Positions 48,438-57,067 of a stretch of DNA of 64,000 bases are shown here, piece by piece (position 1 is the first letter of the stretch; every line of letters begins with the position of its first letter). Position numbers and translations under genes: made by a program. This DNA comes from Acidimicrobiia bacterium (GTDB taxonomy: Bacteria; Actinomycetota; Acidimicrobiia; Spongiisociales; ZC4RG35), in NCBI GenBank assembly GCA_035292605.1, contig DATDPT010000069.1, positions 56,599 through 120,598 of the forward strand. The letters are read 5' to 3'. Below the pieces are notes generated by a model. That model had not been told where the DNA came from and ran no database searches. It worked only from the letters and a program-made list of their open reading frames with translations.

Positions 48438-48810
48438 GACCACCGCTCCTTTCTCTCGCTTGGTGGGGGCCTCTCGGCCGCAAGTGCCGTCCACCACGCC
48501 GCTGGAGCGGAGTGCAAGGGGGTCGGCCCGCAGGGCCGACGGCGAGGACAAGGAGCGAAGCGGAGTCCCGCAGCCGCTCGCCCCCTTGCGCGGAGCGGGC
48601 GGCGTGGTAGGTCTTGCGGCTGGTCGAGAGGCCCCCAGGCGAAAGCCGAGCGGTTAGTCGGAGTCGGACGGACCCTGGCTTGCGGTCAAGGGGGTCCGGT
48701 GCGCCGAGCACAAGGATGAAAGGCCGCCACAAGACTCGCTCGGGTCCGGAGCAAGCTGGGCACGCGTGCAACTGTGTGCGGCTTAGTGCGGCGATGAGCT
48801 ACAGGCTCGG

Positions 48811-49092
48811 TCAGGACCCCCAACGCCGCCGGCGGCTGCGGCCTTGATCTCCCTCGCCGGGTTCAACGGTCTGGGTGAGTTCGGGCTCCCGGGATGACAC
48901 CGTCTTGGTGGCATGTAGTTCCTCGAGTGCGGCCCTGGGGACGCGCAGTTGGCGACCCAACTCGACCACCGGGAGCCCGCTGCGCCCAGCTGTCTCGCGC
49001 CACTCGCGGGCTAAGGCGTACGCCGATGTACGGCCTATCCGAAGGAGCGCAGCGGCCTCCTCGACTGTCAGAAACTCGGGCAGATCAGACAC
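48811..49092 (-). CDS. xis: Excisionase-family HTH protein
   Basis: LTVEEAAALLRIGRTSAYALAREW, an HTH divergent from the integrase. Confidence 0.6.
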   Translation of the reverse strand: MSDLPEFLTVEEAAALLRIGRTSAYALAREWRETAGRSGLPVVELGRQLRVPRAALEELHATKTVSSREPELTQTVEPGEGDQGRSRRRRWGS

Positions 49093-49232
49093 AGCTCACC
49101 AGCTCAGGTAGGTCGATGTTATCCACAGTACCACCCGCCTTGCAATGATCAATGTTGTAATACTGGTGTCTGAAAGACAGTGTTAGTGTATTACCTGACC
49201 CACTACCGAACACCACGTAACCAGGAGGTCGC
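49093..49232. promoter_or_regulatory. AT-rich divergent xis/int promoter region
   Basis: Lowest-GC stretch in the window (gcaatgatcaatgttgtaatactggtgtctgaaagacagtgttagtgtattacc), with AGGAGG before the int ATG. Confidence 0.45.
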
Positions 49233-50474
49233 ATGAGCAGAAGAGAGGGAGGGCTCTTTCGACGGTGCCACACATGCGGACAGCGGGTCCCATCTCCATT
49301 GAAGACCTGCGGCTACGTCGATCAGGCCGGTTCGGTGTGTGGAGGTGAGGTGGGCTGGGGCTTTGTGTTCGACGTTGCACTTCCTGGTGCGAAGCGTCGG
49401 AAGAGAGTCACTCGTTCCGGGTTCTCCACGAAGAAGCAAGCCGTCGCAGCGATGCGCGAGGTGCAGGAGGCCGACGCCAAAGGGAGCCTCGTGGAGCCCA
49501 CGAGGCTGACGGTCGGTGAGTACCTGGCCGAGTGGCTGGCAGCTACTCGAAGCCGCGTAGGTGACGATCTCAGTGCTACCGGATGGCGTGACTACGAGAT
49601 TCACGTCAGACGGCACATCACACGCAGGATTGAGGAGGTGCCACTTCAGGCTCTCGACCGCAACCACGTGAAGGCTCTTTATGCGTGGGTTCAGGAGGGG
49701 AACTCGTCTCGGGGAGGGCGCCGGCCATCACCCAAGACAGTCCACAACATCCATCTCACGCTCCACAGAGCCCTCGAAGACGCGGTCGCTGACGGGTTGA
49801 TCGCCCGCAACCCAGCGACGAGGGCTCGCAAGGCGCCGAAAGCAGGTCGGGAAATGCTCACCTGGGATGAGGACCAGCTGCGCAGCTTCTTCCACGCCAG
49901 CGCCGAGGATCGCCTCTTCCCCTTATGGCAGATGACAGCCATGTCCGGGATGCGTCGGGGCGAGATCCTGGGGCTGCGGTGGGACGACGTCGACTTCAAG
50001 TCCTCGACGGTCACCGTCAACCGCCAGTGGAGGCGGGGTGAAAAGGGGTTGGTCCTGGCGCCACCAAAGACCGAGCGGAGCCGCCGTACCATCGACCTCG
50101 ACACTGAGACCGTCACAGTCCTCAAGAAATGGCGAACGGCGCAGCTCGAGGAGCAGATGGCCTACGACGGCGAGTGGCAAGACAACGGGTTCATCTTCAC
50201 CCGCAAGGATGGAAGACGCCACGACGTCGACGTTGTGTCTCAGCACTTCGATCGACTCGTGGCCCGGGCCGGGGTACCGCCTGTCAGGTTCCACGACATG
50301 AGGCATACCCACGCAACTCTGCTTCTCCTAGCCGGTGTCCCAGCCCATGTCGTCTCAATGCGTCTTGGGCATCGAAGCGTGGCGTTCACCTTGCAGCAGT
50401 ATGCGCACGTACTCCCCCAACAGCAGGCGGATGCGATCAAGTTGTTGGCGATACGCCTCTTCGGTGAAACGTAG
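49233..50474 (+). CDS. int: Tyrosine-type integrase with N-terminal zinc-ribbon-like segment
   Basis: Catalytic blocks R...HDMRHTHATLLL...LGHRS...Y. N-terminal CHTCGQ...CGYVDQAGSVCGG. Confidence 0.9.
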   Translation: MSRREGGLFRRCHTCGQRVPSPLKTCGYVDQAGSVCGGEVGWGFVFDVALPGAKRRKRVTRSGFSTKKQAVAAMREVQEADAKGSLVEPTRLTVGEYLAEWLAATRSRVGDDLSATGWRDYEIHVRRHITRRIEEVPLQALDRNHVKALYAWVQEGNSSRGGRRPSPKTVHNIHLTLHRALEDAVADGLIARNPATRARKAPKAGREMLTWDEDQLRSFFHASAEDRLFPLWQMTAMSGMRRGEILGLRWDDVDFKSSTVTVNRQWRRGEKGLVLAPPKTERSRRTIDLDTETVTVLKKWRTAQLEEQMAYDGEWQDNGFIFTRKDGRRHDVDVVSQHFDRLVARAGVPPVRFHDMRHTHATLLLLAGVPAHVVSMRLGHRSVAFTLQQYAHVLPQQQADAIKLLAIRLFGET

Positions 50475-51135
50475 GCCGACTATGCGGCGAGTCATTCGTG
50501 CAACTCCAACCCAGTCTGATGACGATCACGCGTCCGAGTCCCGAGGCGACGGTCCCCTCTCGCAGACCGGCGTCACCAAACCGAACTGGTAAGTCGTCGT
50601 CGAAACGTCCCTTGCCAACAATGGCACGTGCCACGTGTCCACCCTGGCCCCTTTCTCTCACCAACCCTCGTACACTTATCCGAATCCAGAGCCATGCAGC
50701 CCCTCATGCCACTTAACAATGGAAACCCGCACGTCGAGGTCATCCGCCCTCGCTGACCGAACGCAGCCGCCTGAGAACCACAGCTCAGGGAGATCGAACC
50801 ACCGACCGATGCCAGTAACGAGAGTCTTGGAACGGCCTCCGTCGGCTCCGGTGACGACGTGGGAATCTGTCGGTGGTTCGACGTACGGTGCAACGGCAAC
50901 CCCGATGACAAGGAGCGCGAGTGGGTGATGTCTACAAGCGAACGGCAAGCCAGGATCGCCTCGTTCACTCCGTCGATGCGAGCAGCCATCTCGCGGGCTC
51001 ACCCTACAGTTCCGCGTCTCGTGTCAACTGGCGGCGGGACCTGGTGATGCGGTGTCTCGGGCCGAGCAGAACCACCTCGGCCCTAGAGGAGTCGCCTGCC
51101 GAGGTGCCCATATCCAACCAACGAATGGACCGGGG

Positions 51136-54100
51136 ATGGCCATGAAGCCTCGAGACTTGGTCGCCAATGAGTCACCGAATCGGATCCGCGATCATTTCAA
51201 CCGAAAGGCTCGCTATAACCCGACGAAGAGCCTTACCGCACTCACCAGTCAGCTCACCCAGGAGTACGAAGACAGATTCCTGGTTGAACTGATCCAGAAC
51301 GCATACGACGCGCATCCTCCTGGTACCTCTGACGGACGAGTCCATGTGCGGTTGGACGAGTCCGCTGACAATCAACCTGTCCTCTACGTCGCAAACACGG
51401 GCAATTCGTTCAGGGAGAGGGACTTTGACGCATTGACGAACGTTGCGCAAAGCAGCAAGCCTCCGGGGGAAGGTATCGGAAACAAGGGAGTTGGCTTCCG
51501 CAGTGTTCTCCAGGTATGCGACTCGCCCGAGATCTACTCGTGTAACCCTGACCACCTGAGCGGCCCAGACTTTGATGGCTTCTGCTTCGGCTTCGCCACC
51601 GACCTTCAGATCCACGACATGGTCGAAGACGAGTCTCAGTACGAGATCATCAAGCGTGACTTCTCCCGTTACCTGCTTCCGGTCATCGCCTCGCCCACCG
51701 ACCTCCACCTCCGCATGTTGCGAGCCATCGGGATGGTGACGGTTGTGCGCCTTCCTCTCACCACAGAACGAGCGGTCGAACTCGCCCGAACTCAGGTACA
51801 TCGCCTACTCGAACCGACGCCGCCTGTCGCACTCTTCCTCGATCGTCTTCGGTCAATCAGCGTCGAACTCGTTGACAGTGATGGCCATCAGGAGATGGCT
51901 CAGGTCGACCGACTCGTGGAGGAGGTTCGCGGCGCGGAGGGTGGACCCATTCTCCGATGGGTCGAGACGGTGGGCACGCGGTTCCTCACCGCCAGCCGGG
52001 TGCTAACTGGTTCAGACGTGCGGAGCGTTGTCCGCGAGGCCATAGGTCTCGGCGAACTCGACCGTTCATGGGCGGCATGGGACAGCGACGTCGAGGTGTC
52101 TCTGGCGGTACCTACTGGATTGGACTCGCACGATGCTGGCTGGCCTTCGACTTACACCTACCTGCCAATGCGAGTTCCTGCACCCGTCTACGCGCATCTG
52201 CACGCACCATTCCACACAAAGATGGCGCGTCTCGATCTCAACGAGGACTCCGTGTTCAACGCATTCCTGATCGAGACGGCGGCGGAGCTAGCTGTCGACA
52301 CGATCCAAAGGCTCATTACCGGAGACGACCTCGACCTGGATCTCCAAACCAGACGGGCCGCAGTCGTTGATTTGCTCTGCTGGAACTCCGACCACATCAC
52401 CCACCTGGAAGGCGCTCTGAAGAAGGCAGAGCTCGATCTCGAGAGTTCGCCTCTAGTACCGGCTCGCGGGCCAAACGGCGGCGGATGGGCTGGTCTCGAC
52501 TCCGTGCGCGTTTGGAATTCGGACGGTCTCAACGTTCTAACCGCGCAGGCCATCGAGGCGCACACGCATCTCTTGGACCAGTCGATCGGACTTGACCGTG
52601 TCCTGCGACTGAAGGCCGTTTGCGAACACACCCTGTCGTACGACCTCGACCCAGAAGACCACGAGGTAGCAGATTGGATCGAGAAGGTCGCAAAGGGCCT
52701 GCAGAGCGCATCGGTCAGTAAATGGAACCGCTTCCTCAGCGACGTCGCATCGGTATTCGAGTCCCGCCAACCGAATGCACTTCAAGGACGGTTCATCCTC
52801 CTAGATGATAAGAAGAAGCTCCGACGATCAGGTCCATGGGATGCCGTGGGGGCAAATTCGTCGGAGCCGACCGTGTTCATACCGCCCAGCCCGGCGGCGG
52901 CGAAGAAAAGCGATGCCGGCGAGGGTTCCGAGTTCGCGACAGTTCCGAAGAATCTGCAGCGCGCAATCGCGTTCCTGCACCACGACATCAAGACTCGGAC
53001 CCGTGTCGGCAGCTCCTACAAACGCACCGCCGTGGGCGAACTCTTCAAGAAGGGTGACCTCGTAGAGCCTTTCGAACTGATGACGGTACTCAGTCACCTC
53101 GAGCGCCTCCTCGCCGGCAAAGTCTCAGACACCACGCACCGCCAGGCCTTGTCCTGGGTCTACGCGCAGGAGCATGCCTCTCGTTCGAACATAGCTGATC
53201 TGCCCCGTCTCGGACTTCGCGTTCCCACCGCCGACGGCTGGGTGCCCGCGAAGCAAGCCGTGTTTTCGCCTGAGTGGGAGACGCCCCGCGCTTCGGCGGT
53301 CGCAGCCTTGGTGGAGGACTCTGCGGGCGCATCTGAGTCGATCCAAAGATTTGGCGAAGGTGCCATCCGAGCGCCCGCGGACTGGCCCTTCAAGCTGACC
53401 GACGTCGATGCGTTTCGGGAGTTCCTCGCCCGCTGTGGCGTCCGAGACGGCCTCTTCCCGGTGGCCCTTCACTCAAGAACAACCATCAGGATGAATGGCA
53501 ACAGCTTCACACCGTCCGCCATCGCGAATCGATTCGGTCTTGCCGACTATCAATACTGGGCACAGCACACCAACGAAACCTGGCACCCGATCCTGGCTGG
53601 CCCCTACACGCCCTACACCGGAGACCAAGAACTTTGGATGGTCCCGGGCCAGGAAGCCTTCGAGTCGTTCGAAACGAACACCAAGGATCGGCTAGCGGCA
53701 ACGATTCTCGATAGCATCGCCGACTGGCCCGAAGAGGCGTGGACCTACGACTTCCGTCGACGATCACCACAGCACAGGCACAAGCCCGATCCTCAGGCGT
53801 GGCCATCGCCAGCGAGGACCTTCGTGGAGAAAGCCGATTGGTTCCCCATGTCGGACGCTGGTCGCCGCGATGACCACTACTTCGTGCCGCTCCAGGAAGG
53901 GTGGACGTTTGATGAGACAGCCAGCGAAACCGCACCCCGGTTCGCACGGCTCGCGCCAATCGACCACAGACGCAGGCTCACGGCCTCGAAACCAGCGCAG
54001 GAGCGTCTTGAGAAAGCCGGCCTCAAGACCTGGAACAGCCCTGCCTCCGCAGGGCCGCGACTGGCCGAGCTCGCCCGCCTCGTGGCGTCGGGTGAGGTGG

Positions 54101-56472
54101 CCGAAGCCGAGCTGCCATCGGTCCGAAGGGCCGCTAGCCGAGCATGGTCTGAGTTGGTTGGGCTATCACCCCTGACCGTCTCACCGGATCTCAGGCTGGT
54201 CACTTCCCGGGGCTCTGCTCTCGGGATACTTGAACCTTCTGATTCCAAAACCCCGGGGTTGTTCGTGCACGATGTGCCTCCTGGTCTCGTGGCTCAGGTG
54301 CTGGAAGCGGGCAGTTTCCCGCTCCTCGTCGCTGATCCAGCGGATGGAGAACGGATCGCCGATGCACTCGCCGGGAACGAAGGCATCCGGGTTCAACGCA
54401 CCTCGACGGTCGAGGCGAAGATCGTTCTCGACGGCCGAGAATTGACCCCTTCGGCCGAGAACGGCGAAGCACTCCTGGACGTATTCGGCTTCTGGCTGGT
54501 TCGTACCGTGCTAGCCATCGTCGATCTTCGCTCGACCCGATTCGTTCGAGTCACGAACAAGGTTCTGCACGACGCCGAGGCGACGCTGCGCCGCATGAGG
54601 TTGGCCATAGGCTCAGCAATTGACCTCACCGTTGATGACCGAACTCTCCCGGCTGCCGGGCGACTTGCCGAATGCGTACACATTGACGACCCGGACAATC
54701 CACTCCTTGTTCTCAACGGAACCGAGGTCGTGGTGCCCTCCTGGCGCGCTCTCGAGATGCTCGCCGATGACCTCGCAGAACTCATTGGCCAAGCGCAAGC
54801 GGCTTCCGAGATCCGTGCCGCAGCCCTCGCATTCGAGCGCTCGGTCGGCGACTGGCGCGAACCGTCTGACGCAGAGATCGCCAAAGTCCTGCGATGCAGT
54901 GTCGAAGCCGTGACGGATGTCCTCCACAATCTGCGGACCTCTACTGACCATCTCCGATTGCTCTTGGCCCCCTTTGTCGGCGTACTGGCCGGCATCGAGG
55001 TAGCTCGCCGGATCGACAGCGAGACAGTCGGAGATCTCAATGAACTTCATGTGCTGCTCGCGGACCTGATCGGTGACGACCAGGCGGCTGTCCTCTTTGA
55101 AAGCGCAGCACGCGCTGAGTCGGTGGATGGGATCAGGCGAGTCTTGGAGACGGAGCTTGGTCAACTCAACACCATGCTGTCAGAGCTCGGTCGCCCGCCG
55201 CTCTACTTCGCGGAGCTTCACCGAACAGCTCTGGACAGTTACCTCAACGAACACCGAGTGGGCGTGCTGAGTGCGCTCCGCAAACGCTTCCTGAAGCGGT
55301 TCGACGCCCTCTCGAGTCTCGTGGACTACGTGACGGCGAGGGACTTTCGAGACATCGCGCCCGATCCCAATTGGTTGCACGACTATGAGGTCCCCACCAA
55401 TGCGATGATGCGGGAGCTGTTGGACGGGTGGCTCGCCACCAAGGGCGAACCTCCGCCACCGACGGCCAAGACGCTGAAATCGATTGACGACGTCCGAGAG
55501 GCGAACCGGTCTCTGCTGGACCGTTGTCTGCCGCAGATCGCTCATCTCATCAGGGCCTGGTCCACTAAACGGGCATTAGACGCAGGCGACGTCTGGTCCG
55601 AGATTCAACCGGTGCGCGACACACTTGAGACGTCTGGATGTCTCGACTTCGTGGACCTCGAAGAACAACAGCTCATCGAGTGGCTGGACACGCTCGATCT
55701 CTGGCCTACCGGTATGGGCATGACACTCGACCCATCCGAACTCGGACTCTCGGTCGCTGATCTCGACGCTGCGAGCTCGTCGAGGTCGACAGCGGACGAC
55801 AAGCGACGACGACGACGTACTGAGCTGAAATTCGGAGAACAGACCTTTGACACTGCCAATACCGAGGGTCTACGAGAGTTAATCGACGCCGTCGCTGCGT
55901 CTGTCGACGACGACTTCCCGCAAACGCGATCGACGCCCACGAGACTCATAGCCGTCAGCCCACCCGAACGCCGCTCGCGCGGACCGAGAACCGGCTCTGG
56001 TACCACACCGAGGTCATACGGTGGACCGAAGCCAACCCAAGAACAGACCTCGGCCATCGGTCTCGCTGGGGAGGTTCTCGCATACAAGTGGCTGCAGGCG
56101 GCGTACAAGGAAACCACACCAGACTCGTGGGTGTCTGCCAACCGCACGTTCCTGCTCGGGGGTCATGCTGGCGATGACAGCCTCGGCTACGACTTCCGAA
56201 TTGCTCGCAAGAACGAGACTCTCTACTTCGAGGTCAAGGCCACCACCACGGACGAGTACGAGTTCGATATCGGTGAGTCCGAACTCCGAGCAGCACGTGC
56301 AGCCAGGAAAGGTAGGTATCGGATCATCTTCATCAGGTCGACCTTCGTCCCAGAAGAGCGACGGCTCCTAGTCCTCCCGAATCCGCTCGAGCCGGATGTC
56401 ATGACCTCGTTCGCCCAGATCAACCAGGGGATGCGACTCCGGTTCGATCCCGCCTTGGGCCGAGGTGGGTGA
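51136..56472 (+). CDS. Giant sacsin-type GHKL ATPase fused to a C-terminal DUF3883 (PD-(D/E)xK-like) domain
   Basis: N-terminus has Bergerat N-box ELIQNAYDA, G1 ANTGNSF, G2 GIGNKGVGFRSV. C-terminus has GYDFRIARKNETLYFEVKATT, DUF3883-like. Single ~1780-aa ORF. Confidence 0.75.
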   Translation: MAMKPRDLVANESPNRIRDHFNRKARYNPTKSLTALTSQLTQEYEDRFLVELIQNAYDAHPPGTSDGRVHVRLDESADNQPVLYVANTGNSFRERDFDALTNVAQSSKPPGEGIGNKGVGFRSVLQVCDSPEIYSCNPDHLSGPDFDGFCFGFATDLQIHDMVEDESQYEIIKRDFSRYLLPVIASPTDLHLRMLRAIGMVTVVRLPLTTERAVELARTQVHRLLEPTPPVALFLDRLRSISVELVDSDGHQEMAQVDRLVEEVRGAEGGPILRWVETVGTRFLTASRVLTGSDVRSVVREAIGLGELDRSWAAWDSDVEVSLAVPTGLDSHDAGWPSTYTYLPMRVPAPVYAHLHAPFHTKMARLDLNEDSVFNAFLIETAAELAVDTIQRLITGDDLDLDLQTRRAAVVDLLCWNSDHITHLEGALKKAELDLESSPLVPARGPNGGGWAGLDSVRVWNSDGLNVLTAQAIEAHTHLLDQSIGLDRVLRLKAVCEHTLSYDLDPEDHEVADWIEKVAKGLQSASVSKWNRFLSDVASVFESRQPNALQGRFILLDDKKKLRRSGPWDAVGANSSEPTVFIPPSPAAAKKSDAGEGSEFATVPKNLQRAIAFLHHDIKTRTRVGSSYKRTAVGELFKKGDLVEPFELMTVLSHLERLLAGKVSDTTHRQALSWVYAQEHASRSNIADLPRLGLRVPTADGWVPAKQAVFSPEWETPRASAVAALVEDSAGASESIQRFGEGAIRAPADWPFKLTDVDAFREFLARCGVRDGLFPVALHSRTTIRMNGNSFTPSAIANRFGLADYQYWAQHTNETWHPILAGPYTPYTGDQELWMVPGQEAFESFETNTKDRLAATILDSIADWPEEAWTYDFRRRSPQHRHKPDPQAWPSPARTFVEKADWFPMSDAGRRDDHYFVPLQEGWTFDETASETAPRFARLAPIDHRRRLTASKPAQERLEKAGLKTWNSPASAGPRLAELARLVASGEVAEAELPSVRRAASRAWSELVGLSPLTVSPDLRLVTSRGSALGILEPSDSKTPGLFVHDVPPGLVAQVLEAGSFPLLVADPADGERIADALAGNEGIRVQRTSTVEAKIVLDGRELTPSAENGEALLDVFGFWLVRTVLAIVDLRSTRFVRVTNKVLHDAEATLRRMRLAIGSAIDLTVDDRTLPAAGRLAECVHIDDPDNPLLVLNGTEVVVPSWRALEMLADDLAELIGQAQAASEIRAAALAFERSVGDWREPSDAEIAKVLRCSVEAVTDVLHNLRTSTDHLRLLLAPFVGVLAGIEVARRIDSETVGDLNELHVLLADLIGDDQAAVLFESAARAESVDGIRRVLETELGQLNTMLSELGRPPLYFAELHRTALDSYLNEHRVGVLSALRKRFLKRFDALSSLVDYVTARDFRDIAPDPNWLHDYEVPTNAMMRELLDGWLATKGEPPPPTAKTLKSIDDVREANRSLLDRCLPQIAHLIRAWSTKRALDAGDVWSEIQPVRDTLETSGCLDFVDLEEQQLIEWLDTLDLWPTGMGMTLDPSELGLSVADLDAASSSRSTADDKRRRRRTELKFGEQTFDTANTEGLRELIDAVAASVDDDFPQTRSTPTRLIAVSPPERRSRGPRTGSGTTPRSYGGPKPTQEQTSAIGLAGEVLAYKWLQAAYKETTPDSWVSANRTFLLGGHAGDDSLGYDFRIARKNETLYFEVKATTTDEYEFDIGESELRAARAARKGRYRIIFIRSTFVPEERRLLVLPNPLEPDVMTSFAQINQGMRLRFDPALGRGG

Positions 56473-57067
56473 ATCCCGTCTTACAGCCTTGCGGAGATAC
56501 CGCGAGATCCAGCAGGGAGAGCAGCGACCGAACACCTGTTCGCCTAGCCTATGCGTTGTGTTGCGCGACCTCAGCTACCGCCTCGACATCGCCCGGCGAT
56601 CACTCGCGAGCACTACCCGTCCAGACGGAAGTGTCGAACTCACCCGGGATGTCTACTCGAGATCCCACTTCGGGAGGTTGCAGCACTCTGCAACTCGGGT
56701 GATTGCTCAGCTCGTTTCTATACCGCTGCCGTCTTAGAAACGGGACGGTTCGCAAGTGGAGAGCCCATCATCAGGCCGCAAACCCGTCCACTGAATCTCT
56801 GCCAAACCGGTGTCATCCATGGACGGCGTTCAGGTTCGAATTCGGGACGGCAACGGTCGCCGGTCCCGTAGTCCTTGAGGCCGAAGACACCCCTCAGCCA
56901 GTCATCGCCCGAGAGCAAAGGGCCCCTGTCTCGGCGTCACTGCGGTCCCTTGTCGATGGGTCGAGGAGGAGGGAGCGGGGAACCATCCAGGGTCGTAAGG
57001 CCGGGCTCGACGCTGACCTTTTCGGTCGGGGAGGTGCACCAGCAACGGTGGTGGTGAGGATTACAAC

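Larger units (their letters stand above)
1..50474. mobile_element. Integrative and conjugative element (T4SS-type, actinobacterial-style), left end outside the window; right end near the integrase/att region
   Basis: Co-linear integrase, xis, relaxase, primase, SSB, ArdC, T4CP, VirB4-like, membrane proteins, cell-wall hydrolase and Tad pilus genes. Almost all are on the minus strand with 4-nt start/stop overlaps. Confidence 0.6.

Noticed and set aside
47860-48771. 303-aa ORF as a whole
   Set aside because: Only the last 55 codons (zinc-ribbon, ATGA-coupled to ardC) look plausible. The remainder is Gly/Arg/Pro-rich and overlaps the SSB-like gene region.
50475-51135. Intact tRNA gene next to the integrase
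   Set aside because: Several GGTTCGA/TCGAACC-like strings (e.g. 50790–50810, 50870–50885) were tested by hand, but none folds into a cloverleaf with matching acceptor stems.
56676-56700. Hairpin GTTGCAG-cact-CTGCAAC as a terminator of the giant gene
   Set aside because: Lies ~200 bp after the stop and is not followed by a T-tract; too weak to call.
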